A DNA stretch of 64,000 bases from Bryobacteraceae bacterium (GCA_040002435.1 JBDUEM010000002.1:737-64736); one strand, 5' to 3'; numbered from the stretch's first letter, positions 26,466 through 34,995 are shown. Notes: a model not told the origin generated them from the sequence alone. Numbers and translations are program-made.

Positions 26466-27802
26466 TCACCGGGAAGGCACTGGCACGACGAACTTTTCTA
26501 CGGGGTATTGGGACGACGATCGCACTCCCGTTTCTGGATGCGATGACACCGGCGATGGCGGCGACTACGGCGAAAGCTCCCGTCCGGATGGGCTTTGTCT
26601 ACGTTCCGAACGGCATGGATGTCCGGAACTGGAACCTCGATTACGAGGGCAAGCTGGGTGAATTGTCGCGCATCATGAAGCCGCTGGAGCCCTTTAAGGA
26701 TGACATCCTGGTGCTGGGCAATCTGACGCACAACAACGGCCGTGCGCTGCTGGACGGCCCGGGCGATCACGGCCGCTGCTGTGGAGCCTACCTGACCGGA
26801 ATGCAGCCGCGGAAGACGATGGTGGATATCAAGGCCGGCATTTCCTGCGATCAGATTGTCGCCAACCATATCGGTAACAAGACGCGATTCCCTTCCCTCG
26901 AACTTGGCCTCGAAGATGCGCGCCAGGCCGGAGACTGCGATTCCGGTTATTCCTGCGCTTACACTAACAACCTGGCATGGCGCAGTGAGACGCAGCCGCT
27001 GCCGCCGGTTCTCGATCCCCGCGCTTTATTTGAGCGGCTGTTCGGAAACGGTGTCGCTCTCAGCCCGGAGGCTCGCGCGCTGCAGAGCAAATACCGGCGC
27101 AGCATTCTGGACTTCGTCACGGGTGATACGAAGAAGCTGGAAACAAACCTCGGTCCGACAGACAAGCGCAAGCTGGAAGAGTACCTTTCGTCCGTCCGTG
27201 AAATTGAGCGTCAGCTCGAAAAGGCCGAGAAGGACAACGCGCAGATCGACCCGAAGATGCCCAAGCCGTACGGTGTCCCCGCCGACTTTGCGGAGCACTT
27301 CAAGCTGATGACCGACATGTTGACCATCGCGCTGCAGGCTGACCTGACCCGCGTCTTCACATTCCTGGTCACTCGCGAAGGCACTTCCCGGGCCTACAGA
27401 GAACTGGGGATTCCAGACGGCCATCATCCGCTGACGCACCATCAGAACAAGCCCGAACTGATGGAGAAGGTGTCGCAGATCAACACCTATCACGTCAAGC
27501 AATTCGCCGGCTGGATTGAGAAGTTGAAATCGATTCAGGAAGGCGACGGATCGCTCTTTGACAATTCGATGATAGTCTACGGCGCCGGCCTGACAGACGG
27601 CAACAAGCACAACCACGAGGATCTGCCGACGGTTCTGGTGGGCCATGGCGGGAACAACTTCATTAAGACCGGCCGCCGCATCGTGTATCGCAAGGAAACG
27701 CCGATGTCGAATCTATTCCTCTCCATGATGGACCGGATGGATGTCCATAGTGAAAACTTTGGCGACTCCACGGGAAGATTGGACGGGCTGGATCTCAGCT
27801 AA
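26462..27802 (+). CDS. DUF1552-family protein with Tat signal
   Basis: 446 aa beginning 'ARRTFLRGIGTTIALPFLDAM'. It has an ATGA overlap with the upstream DUF1592-type gene, which is the canonical pairing. Confidence 0.8.
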   Translation: MITGKALARRTFLRGIGTTIALPFLDAMTPAMAATTAKAPVRMGFVYVPNGMDVRNWNLDYEGKLGELSRIMKPLEPFKDDILVLGNLTHNNGRALLDGPGDHGRCCGAYLTGMQPRKTMVDIKAGISCDQIVANHIGNKTRFPSLELGLEDARQAGDCDSGYSCAYTNNLAWRSETQPLPPVLDPRALFERLFGNGVALSPEARALQSKYRRSILDFVTGDTKKLETNLGPTDKRKLEEYLSSVREIERQLEKAEKDNAQIDPKMPKPYGVPADFAEHFKLMTDMLTIALQADLTRVFTFLVTREGTSRAYRELGIPDGHHPLTHHQNKPELMEKVSQINTYHVKQFAGWIEKLKSIQEGDGSLFDNSMIVYGAGLTDGNKHNHEDLPTVLVGHGGNNFIKTGRRIVYRKETPMSNLFLSMMDRMDVHSENFGDSTGRLDGLDLS

Positions 27803-27820
27803 GCCGCCCGGTAAATCACT

Positions 27821-28906
27821 ATGCAGTTTCCAGGACAAGGAAAGCCCCCCGTCGGGATCCTCTTCGATTCTGATATGGGTTCCAGCATTGACGGCGCGCT
27901 GGCGCTGGCCCTGCTCTATGGATTCGACGGCAAGAACGAAGCGCGCGTGATTTCGGTGAGCGTGAGCCGCGCGAACCTGAGTTCGGCGGCCTTCTGCGAA
28001 GCGGTAGGCCGCTTCTACGCAGGCGCCGTGAACGGCGGGTTCGGCGGAGTGGGACGCACGCTGCCCGTGGGTCTGGCCGACTACGGAAAAGAAAGGGAAG
28101 AAACGCCGATGCTCTCCGTTCCGCTGGCGAAGATGACGCCCGACGGAAAACCTCTCTACGCACACGGCATCCACAAGCTCAACGACACGGCGGAAGTTCC
28201 AGCCCTCATCCGTAACGCGTTCACTTCGCAGTACGACCAGAACTCGATTGCCATTCTGGCCGGACCGGCGACAAATTACGCGAAAGCACTGGACGTGGCC
28301 GGCTTCAAGGAACTGGCAGCGCGTAAGTGCCGCTTCCTGGCGATGACCGGCGGCGCTTTCCCGGACGGCCGGCCCGAGTACAACATTCAGACCGATATCC
28401 CCGCGGCTCGAAAGCTATTCGCAGAATGGCCGACTCCGATTGTTGTCTCTGGTTCTGAAATCGGCGAGGCGCTGGCGTTTCCCGCCGCCAGCATCGAACG
28501 GGACTTTGCGTGGTCTCCGGCGCACCCTGTTGTTGACGCCTACAAGGCGTACCGGCCGATGCCGTATGATGCTCCTTCAGGCGACATGAGCGCAGTGCTG
28601 TACGCGGTGCATTCGCAGGAAGGCTACTTCAAGCTATCCGAGCCGGGGACGATCACCGTGCTGGACGACGGGCGGACAAAGTTCACGCCCTCGGCGCAGG
28701 GCAAACATCGTTATCTGATTTTGGACCCGGCACAGAAAGACCGCATCATCAAAATCTACACCGAGATCGCCAGTGCGAAACCAGTTCCTCGGGTCCCGCG
28801 GTTCCGGCTGAAAGAATTGAAAGAGAAAGAGGAAAAGGAAAAGCTCCTGAAAGAGAAGGAAATTCCCGTTCCACCTTCGGAAGTGAAACCTCCGGCGGCG
28901 CCCTAA
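27821..28906 (+). CDS. Hypothetical protein, possibly diverged nucleoside-hydrolase-like fold, with Lys/Glu-rich tail
   Basis: 361 aa. The N-terminal 'GILFDSDMGSSIDGALALALLYG' loosely resembles the DxDxxxDD nucleoside hydrolase motif. The tail is 'LKELKEKEEKEKLLKEKE'. It starts 18 nt after the DUF1552 gene. Confidence 0.45.
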   Translation: MQFPGQGKPPVGILFDSDMGSSIDGALALALLYGFDGKNEARVISVSVSRANLSSAAFCEAVGRFYAGAVNGGFGGVGRTLPVGLADYGKEREETPMLSVPLAKMTPDGKPLYAHGIHKLNDTAEVPALIRNAFTSQYDQNSIAILAGPATNYAKALDVAGFKELAARKCRFLAMTGGAFPDGRPEYNIQTDIPAARKLFAEWPTPIVVSGSEIGEALAFPAASIERDFAWSPAHPVVDAYKAYRPMPYDAPSGDMSAVLYAVHSQEGYFKLSEPGTITVLDDGRTKFTPSAQGKHRYLILDPAQKDRIIKIYTEIASAKPVPRVPRFRLKELKEKEEKEKLLKEKEIPVPPSEVKPPAAP

Positions 28907-29080
28907 CCGAAGCGGCGGGCCTTTTTCGGACGGTGGATCACAAGGCGTCTCTCGCGGAGATCAGGAGAAGGCGCAGTGTTGCGCAAGTCCAGAGTAGTGG
29001 CAGCAATACCAAAAAAGAATTCCGTTTCTTATAATGCTGCCTGGAGTATCAGGAAATATGGGAGAACCAAAAGCAGGATT

Positions 29081-29107
29081 GGGAAGTCTGCTTCAAGCAG
29101 GCTTCCC
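29081..29107. terminator. GC-rich hairpin between convergent genes (likely bidirectional/intrinsic terminator)
   Basis: GGGAAGTCTGC-TTCAA-GCAGGCTTCCC forms an 11-bp stem with one G-T pair. On the minus strand it lies 16 nt after the csp stop and is followed by a T-containing tract. Confidence 0.45.
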
Positions 29108-29122
29108 AACGAGAGACAGACT

Positions 29123-29329
29123 TTAGTTGGAGATCGAAACTTCCTCTGCCTGTAGGCCTTTGGGGCCTTTCTTGACTACGAACTGAACGTGAGCGCCCTC
29201 ATCGAGACTACGGTAGCCGGACGACTCAATCGCAGAAAAATGGACGAACACATCTTCCCCGTTCTCTCGCTGAATAAAGCCAAAACCCTTGGCTGCATTG
29301 AACCACTTAACAACACCTTTTTCTTTCAT
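29123..29329 (-). CDS. Cold-shock protein (CspA family, CSD)
   Basis: 68 aa with '[16 protein letters not shown]' (RNP1) and 'DVFVHFSAI' (RNP2). Confidence 0.95.
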   Translation of the reverse strand: MKEKGVVKWFNAAKGFGFIQRENGEDVFVHFSAIESSGYRSLDEGAHVQFVVKKGPKGLQAEEVSISN

Positions 29330-29469
29330 TGTAACTTCCTTCTTAAGCTATTCGAACCCCTGGTTTCAACCCTAATCAGCCGTTACAAAACATGGCGGCC
29401 GACCGTGTCGCTACCACTGTCACGCTAATCTAAATCGATTGCAAGAGAGTCAAACGCTCTTTGACTATA
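29330..29469 (-). promoter_or_regulatory. Putative long 5' leader of the csp gene with sigma70-like -10 (TATAGT) candidate
   Basis: The minus strand reads TATAGT at 29464..29469 with a weak -35. An SD-like AAGGAAG lies 7 nt before the ATG. There are 226 nt of non-coding sequence upstream of csp. Confidence 0.3.
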
Positions 29470-29555
29470 GCACGAGTACAATGGCAAATCCATTCTTTTC
29501 TTGGCGACTTATGCTAATGAGTCGCTTGAGCTTAGGTGGCTTTGGGCGGGTTCTC

Positions 29556-30761
29556 TCAGGCACCTGACTTGCGGCCTTCGAGGCCGTAACGGGTGGGGGC
29601 GAGCGAGAAGAATTCGATAAAGCGCTTCTTGGGTTCACCTACGCTTTCGGTCTTGTAATTCAGCATACTTTCCGCGAGGGCGTTACACTGGCGTCCGAGT
29701 TCGGAGGCTAAATCGATGGGGCGTCCGTCGGAGAGAGCCCGTGTGACCCCTTGATAGTCATTCGGGAAGGTCATCTGAATCGGCAATCCCAACAGGTTCT
29801 CGATCTGCGACGCTGAAATGACCGGTCTCTTGTGGCAGCGATTGAGAAGGACACTCACCCGCTCGCCTAAGCCAAGCGATTGTAAATATTGGTACTTTTC
29901 CTTCGCCAGGTGCAGAGAAGGGATTTCCGGCGTACAGACCAGGAAGATGCGTTTGGATTCATGCATCAGCTCGGTGGAATACCGCTCGAGGTTCCCAGAC
30001 AAGTCGGCACAGATGACGCGGTAGTTTCGGCGGATAAACTGGAGCAGGTTTCGCATTTGGGCCGGCTCCATTCGAAAGTTCGGATTCATCCGGCCGGCGT
30101 GCAGGATATCGAGCGACCCCACGGGGGTAACTAACTGCGGCCAAAACTGTTCATCTATGTCTTCGGAGCGTTCCGCCGCGTCGATTACGGAATAGGTGTT
30201 TTCCAACTTCAGCATGAACCGGATCATGCCGGAGCTGAGGTCAAAATCGCCCAGGAAAGTACGTGTTTTCTCGATCTTAGACAATGCGATTGCCGTATTG
30301 AGAGCGAGAGTGGAAGTACCCACGCCCGCCTTGGAAGGAAGGAAGGAATACAGCAGATCAGTGGATTCGACGGCCAGCGGCTTTTTTTCCAACACTTCCT
30401 GCACGCGGCGTAGGGCGTCTAACAATAGGGTGCGATCAAACGGCGGAGTCAGAAATTCGCGCACACCGGATCGCATGATTTCCAACAGCACTTGGGGCTC
30501 GCTGGTGCGTCCGATCGCGATGATCTGAATCCCCGGGCTACATTTTTCCAATTCTGCGTTAGTGGCAATCGCTTCTTTGAGCGACTCCACGCTGACAAAG
30601 ACCAGATCCGGACCCTGAGCCCGCAAGAAGCGGGAGAGTTGCACCGGTGTGGGGTAGTGGTCGAACGGCCGGAGCAGCGTCAGGCCTCCAATTGGCTCCA
30701 GAGCTGCGTCTGTCAACGTCATGAGCTCTCGATTCGGACAGATGATTACACCACGTAGCAT
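29556..30761 (-). CDS. CpaE-like protein: pseudo-receiver domain + MinD/ParA-type ATPase
   Basis: 401 aa. The receiver-like N-terminus lacks the acidic pocket ('VIICPNRE', 'LVFVSVES', 'FLTPPF'). It has a deviant Walker A 'SKAGVGTSTLALNTA'. Confidence 0.7.
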   Translation of the reverse strand: MLRGVIICPNRELMTLTDAALEPIGGLTLLRPFDHYPTPVQLSRFLRAQGPDLVFVSVESLKEAIATNAELEKCSPGIQIIAIGRTSEPQVLLEIMRSGVREFLTPPFDRTLLLDALRRVQEVLEKKPLAVESTDLLYSFLPSKAGVGTSTLALNTAIALSKIEKTRTFLGDFDLSSGMIRFMLKLENTYSVIDAAERSEDIDEQFWPQLVTPVGSLDILHAGRMNPNFRMEPAQMRNLLQFIRRNYRVICADLSGNLERYSTELMHESKRIFLVCTPEIPSLHLAKEKYQYLQSLGLGERVSVLLNRCHKRPVISASQIENLLGLPIQMTFPNDYQGVTRALSDGRPIDLASELGRQCNALAESMLNYKTESVGEPKKRFIEFFSLAPTRYGLEGRKSGA

Positions 30762-31131
30762 ATTAGTAGTACATTCTCCACCAGTAGTCTAAGATCATTC
30801 GAAGCGTCAAACAATCGCCCCGTAGTCCTGTTTGCGAGAGAATAGTACTAAAACAAGCAGGGTTACACCGGCCCCGTACCAACCTCGACAAAAATCTTAT
30901 CGGCAAGTTAACATCCGACGAACAACCGAAAAATGTGTGAGTTAAGACGAACGCAACCTACCAAGACCGATAGCAATCGTACTCCCTCTGCCAACGGATC
31001 GGCAGTTGCCTGCAGTCCGCGCATGTAGTATGGGTGCGATTCGATTGGGAAAATTCTCAGCCTATCCCATCCTTGCGACGGGAAATAGTCCTCGAATTCT
31101 ATGGAAGCTGTTGGTTCTGAATGGAATATTC

Positions 31132-31207
31132 TGGTGAGCCGGGCGGGACTCGAACCCGCGACCACTGCATTAAAAGTGCGGTGCTCTACCAACTGAGCTA
31201 CCGGCCC
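31132..31207 (-). tRNA. tRNA-Lys (anticodon UUU), CCA encoded
   Basis: The minus strand reads GGGCCGGTAGCTCAGTTGGTAGAGCACCGCACTTTTAATGCAGTGGTCGCGGGTTCGAGTCCCGCCCGGCTCACCA. It has a 7-bp acceptor stem, a canonical D arm and T arm (GGTTCGAGTCC), and an anticodon loop CT-TTT-AA. There is one C-A mismatch in the anticodon stem. Confidence 0.96.
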
Positions 31208-31303
31208 GCTTTGCGAGGAATTACGCCTCTAAACGCTCCTTAGAGGATAACATGACGGCTCGCATCCGCCCACCCGCGGATGCCTCTGTGTTAAGTTCTC
31301 ACT

Positions 31304-31606
31304 ATGGCAAAAGAAATTATCGAAGTGGATTGCCCCTGCTGCCGCACCACCCTCAAGATCGACACCGTGACGGCTGTCGTTATCAGTCATAAACAACCCG
31401 AGAAGCCGCCTGCGATTGAGGACCTGGCCTCGGCTGTGGCGAACCTGAAAGGGGAAGCGGCGCGGCGCGAAGAGGTGTTTCAAAAGTCGTTCGCCGACCA
31501 TAACAACCGCAAGAATGTTCTTGACCGGAAGTTTGACGAACTGCTGAAACAGGCCAAATCCGACCCCGATACAGCTCCGCCGAAGCGGAACTTCGACTTT
31601 GATTAG
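31304..31606 (+). CDS. Small hypothetical protein with N-terminal CxCC zinc-ribbon-like motif and charged helical tail
   Basis: 100 aa beginning 'MAKEIIEVDCPCCRTTLKID', with 'EVFQKSFADHNNRKNVLDRKFDELLKQAK'. Confidence 0.5.
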   Translation: MAKEIIEVDCPCCRTTLKIDTVTAVVISHKQPEKPPAIEDLASAVANLKGEAARREEVFQKSFADHNNRKNVLDRKFDELLKQAKSDPDTAPPKRNFDFD

Positions 31607-33003
31607 ACGATCTGCTGGATCACGTTTCCGTGCACTTCGGTAAGGCGCTCGCGGCGCCCCTGGTGCATGAAGCTGAGGGCGTCCTGATTCAGTCCCAACT
31701 GGTGCAGGACGGTGGTGTGAATGTCGCGGAAATGATGCGGCTGGTCGATCGCGCGAAGACCGATGTCGTCTGTGGCGCCCACCACTTGCCCGCCTTTGAT
31801 ACCGCCGCCGGCCATCCACATCGTGAAGCCGATGCTGAGATGGTCTCGCCCCTTGCCACCCTGTGCTTCCGGGGACCTTCCGAATTCCCCGCCCCAAAGC
31901 ACGAGCGTAGTATCCAGCAACCCGCGGCGTTTCAAATCTTTCAGCAGCGCGGCGATGGGTTGGTCCACCTGCGCCGCCATGCGATTGTGGTTCTCTTCAA
32001 TATCGTCGTGAGCATCCCATTGCGTGGCCGCGCCCCCGCCTGACACCACGCAAATGAAGCGGGTTCCTTTCTCTACCATCCGGCGGGCCAGCAAGAGACG
32101 CCGGCCGTAGTCGTCGGTAGGCTTTTTGCCGACTCCGTAGAGGTCCAGAGTTTCCTGAGGTTCGCTCTTCAGGTCGAACACCGCAGGAGCTTCGGTTTGC
32201 ATCTTGAACGCCATGTCGTATGCATTGACACGAGCGGCCAGTTCATTATCGTCGGGAAGAAGCGTGGCTTCGTTCAGATTGCGGATCAGCTTGAGGGTCT
32301 GCCGGCGGGTATCCAGCGTCACGTTCTTGGGCAGATCCAGATTCAAAACCGGCTTGGTGCCGGAGCGGAGCATGGTCGGCTGGTAGATAGAAGGCAGGAA
32401 CCCGTTCGAATACATGGGCATTCCAGCCTCAATCGCGCCGCTCGGGTCGGGGATGACAACATAGCCGGGCAGCGATTCGCTTTCCGAGCCGAGGCCATAC
32501 ATCACCCACGCCCCCATGCCCGGAAAACCGGGAATAACGCGGCCAGTCATCACCTGATACTGCGCGGCCGAGTGCACCACGGCATCGCCCTGGCAGGAGC
32601 GGATGACCGCCATGTCATCGATGCATTCGGCGGTATGCGGAAACAAGTCCGAGACTTCAATTCCCGACTTGCCATATCTCTTAAACGTACGCTTTGTGCC
32701 GAGCAGCAACGGAGTGCCCTTGATGAACTGATACTTCGCCTCACCAAAGGCCGCTGGGCGCTTCTGTCCGCTGAGCTTATTCAGCAGCGGCTTGGGGTCG
32801 AAGGTCTCCAGGTGGCTGGGCCCGCCGGCCATGAAAAGAAAAATGACCGACTTCGCCTTCGCAGGCTCCGGCGGCGTCTTGGGAGCAAGCGGATTCAGAC
32901 CCTCCGCCTGCAGCATCGAGGTATAAGCCAGTGCACCGAAGCCGCCGAAGGCCTCGCAGAGAAACTCGCGCCTGTTGCGGGTGTAGCGAACGTGTTCAGA
33001 CAT
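31603..33003 (-). CDS. DUF1501-family protein (sulfatase/phosphatase-like fold) with Tat signal
   Basis: The listed ORF is 31603..33651. The ATG at 33003 gives 'MSEHVRYTRNRREFLCEAFGGFGALAYTSMLQAEG'. It also has 'VIFLFMAGGPSHLETFDPKP' and 'WGGEFGRSP...GRDH'. Confidence 0.85.
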   Translation of the reverse strand: MSEHVRYTRNRREFLCEAFGGFGALAYTSMLQAEGLNPLAPKTPPEPAKAKSVIFLFMAGGPSHLETFDPKPLLNKLSGQKRPAAFGEAKYQFIKGTPLLLGTKRTFKRYGKSGIEVSDLFPHTAECIDDMAVIRSCQGDAVVHSAAQYQVMTGRVIPGFPGMGAWVMYGLGSESESLPGYVVIPDPSGAIEAGMPMYSNGFLPSIYQPTMLRSGTKPVLNLDLPKNVTLDTRRQTLKLIRNLNEATLLPDDNELAARVNAYDMAFKMQTEAPAVFDLKSEPQETLDLYGVGKKPTDDYGRRLLLARRMVEKGTRFICVVSGGGAATQWDAHDDIEENHNRMAAQVDQPIAALLKDLKRRGLLDTTLVLWGGEFGRSPEAQGGKGRDHLSIGFTMWMAGGGIKGGQVVGATDDIGLRAIDQPHHFRDIHTTVLHQLGLNQDALSFMHQGRRERLTEVHGNVIQQIV

Positions 33004-33005
33004 AG

Positions 33006-34976
33006 TTAATCCACATACAAAAAGCTGTTGAGGTTGAACAAAGCCAGCGCGAACTCGCGCAGTGGCTCCTTCTGAAGAAATGCCACGGCGATCTGTTTCT
33101 CTTTTCGCGTTGGCAGGCGTCCGGTCCCGAGCCGGTATGCAAAGTCTACTTCTTTCGCCTTGTCCTTGCCGGCTTCGCGCAGCAGACGTTCCGCAAGGGC
33201 ATTGGCCATGCGGTTCGATGTATCGCCATTGAGCAGTTCCAAAGCTTGCGGCGGATGCGTGCTCGATTCCCGCCGGGCGCAGCTGATCTGGCGGTCCGGC
33301 GCATCGAAGACATCCATAAAGGGCAGCTTGAAATTTCGTTTGGCGAACAAATAGATGCTGCGGCGGTTGTGCTCTTCTTTGTCGGCTGTGACAGCCCATT
33401 GTGCCGGCTTGTACATGACGTTCAGAAGATCGGGATCGATAGGGATAATCACGCTGGGGCCGCCCTGCTTGGGGTTTAACTTCCCGGCGATGGCCAAAGC
33501 CGAGTCGCGAATTTCCTCCGCCTCCAGCCGCCGGCGGGAAAACTTCCAAAGAAGCGCGTTGTCGGGATCCTTCTCGACTGTGGGTGTCTGCGACGACTGC
33601 TGATAGGTGCTGCTGAGCAGAATCATGCGGTGCATCGCCTTGAACTTCCAACCACCTTCGATCAGTTGATTCGCCAGATAGTCCAGCAGTTCGGGATGCG
33701 AGGGGCGGGTTCCCATGCGGCCGAAATCGTTGGGTGTCGCAACGATGCCGCGTCCAAAATGATACTGCCAGATGCGGTTCGCCATGACGCGGGCCGGCAG
33801 GGGGTTCTGCGGATCCAGAATCCAGTTTGCAAGTACCTCGCGCGGAGCCTTGGTGTCAGCTGGAAGTTCAGGGCTGCCATCCGGCAGAAGAATGCCGAGA
33901 GGCCGCATCCCCACCTGAGGCCCGCGATTTTGCGTGTCTCCCCGCGCCAGGACGTAGACAGGTGACACTTTTTCGGGATCATCGGCAACGCTGAAAAGAA
34001 CCGGCAGGGGCGGCGGACCTTTGGCCTCCAGTTCATCCACCTTCTTCTGCACTACTTCCAGCGCGTCGCCGGTCAGCCCCTTCATCGTGGCTTTCAACGC
34101 CTTGACGGGCACCTCTGCGGCGTCATTCTTTTCCTTCCAGGCCGCCTGTTCGGCGGGGGTCGAAAGCGGCACATCGTTCTCATGCGTCGCCGCGAAGAAG
34201 GCCTGCATGCGGTAATAATCGGTGTGGCGAATGGGATCGAACTTGTGGTCGTGGCACCGCGCGCAGCCAAGGGTTACGCCCAGAAAGGCAGATCCGATGA
34301 CATTTGTCATCTCTACCAGTTCTTCGTTTCGATTGAAGGCGGCGTCCTGGTTTCCACCGTTCTTGCGCAGCCCGCCGAGGCGCTGGAAGCCGGCCGCGAT
34401 ACGCATTACCTCGTTCTTGGGATTGATCTCGTCTCCGGCCAATTGCTCACGGATAAATTCGTCGTATGGTTTGTCGCTGTTGAACGACTGGATGACGTAA
34501 TCGCGATAGCGCCAGGCGTCGGGGCGGTGGGTGTCGTATTCGAAGCCATCCGATTCAGCGAATCGAACCACGTCAAGCCAGTGCTGTCCCCAGCGCTCAC
34601 CATAGCCTGAGCTGGCGAGCAGCTCATCCACAACCTTCGTGTAGGCGTCCGGCGACTTGTCGGCCAGGAACTTTGCCGCCTGCGCCGGCGTGGGAGGCAG
34701 GCCGGTGAGATCAAAGTAGACGCGCCGCAACAGCGTGGACTTATCGGCGCGCGCCGAAGGCTTGAGTCCTTCCTTCTGCAAACGGGCGAGGATGAATGCG
34801 TCGATGGGATTGCGGACCCAGGCCTTATCGGCGGGAGCCGTGAAGGCCGGCACCTCGGGATGCGAGCGCTTTTGAAAAGCCCAATGGCGTCGCTCAGCCG
34901 GAGTGTACTTTCCGAGTTCCGCGCCGCCAAGGAACGACGCAGTGATGACTGCAGTTACCAGGATGCGGCGTAGCAT
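33006..34976 (-). CDS. DUF1549 + DUF1553 domain protein (Planctomycete PSD1-type)
   Basis: 656 aa with a signal peptide. DUF1549 block: 'NPIDAFILARLQKEGLKPSARADKSTLLRRVYFDLTGLPPT'. DUF1553 blocks: 'CARCHDHKFDPI' and 'FDAPDRQISCARRESSTHPPQAL'. Its stop is 2 nt before the DUF1501 ATG. Confidence 0.85.
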   Translation of the reverse strand: MLRRILVTAVITASFLGGAELGKYTPAERRHWAFQKRSHPEVPAFTAPADKAWVRNPIDAFILARLQKEGLKPSARADKSTLLRRVYFDLTGLPPTPAQAAKFLADKSPDAYTKVVDELLASSGYGERWGQHWLDVVRFAESDGFEYDTHRPDAWRYRDYVIQSFNSDKPYDEFIREQLAGDEINPKNEVMRIAAGFQRLGGLRKNGGNQDAAFNRNEELVEMTNVIGSAFLGVTLGCARCHDHKFDPIRHTDYYRMQAFFAATHENDVPLSTPAEQAAWKEKNDAAEVPVKALKATMKGLTGDALEVVQKKVDELEAKGPPPLPVLFSVADDPEKVSPVYVLARGDTQNRGPQVGMRPLGILLPDGSPELPADTKAPREVLANWILDPQNPLPARVMANRIWQYHFGRGIVATPNDFGRMGTRPSHPELLDYLANQLIEGGWKFKAMHRMILLSSTYQQSSQTPTVEKDPDNALLWKFSRRRLEAEEIRDSALAIAGKLNPKQGGPSVIIPIDPDLLNVMYKPAQWAVTADKEEHNRRSIYLFAKRNFKLPFMDVFDAPDRQISCARRESSTHPPQALELLNGDTSNRMANALAERLLREAGKDKAKEVDFAYRLGTGRLPTRKEKQIAVAFLQKEPLREFALALFNLNSFLYVD

Positions 34977-34995
34977 TTCTACAAACGATTATACG

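Noticed and set aside
1295-30761. A Tad/Flp pilus locus, suggested by the presence of cpaF and a cpaE-like gene
   Set aside because: The two genes are ~27 kb apart and separated by unrelated metabolism and signalling genes. No tadB/C, secretin, prepilin peptidase or Flp pilin ORF was found, so they are treated as orphans rather than a system.
30908-31192. 94-aa minus-strand ORF
   Set aside because: Its first ~20 codons are the tRNA-Lys sequence itself ('MVEHRTFNAVVAGSSPARL' is a translated tRNA). It has no coding-like features.
31226-31246. Hairpin CCTCTAA-ACGCTCC-TTAGAGG between the tRNA-Lys 5' side and the 100-aa gene
   Set aside because: It is a short AT-rich stem in a 96-nt divergent spacer with no supporting context, and it could arise by chance.
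29556-31303. Genomic island or prophage integrated at tRNA-Lys
   Set aside because: No integrase, excisionase, phage or transposase genes flank the tRNA. I saw no direct repeat of the tRNA 3' half nearby, although this was checked by eye and not exhaustively. Only the AT-richer spacer remains as a weak hint.
33004-33651. N-terminal 216-aa extension of the listed 682-aa ORF (31603..33651)
   Set aside because: The extension is Arg/Gly/Pro/Ser-rich with no motifs. It lies entirely inside the 3' end of the DUF1549/DUF1553 gene in another frame. The ATG at 33003 gives a perfect Tat leader and sits 2 nt after that gene's stop.
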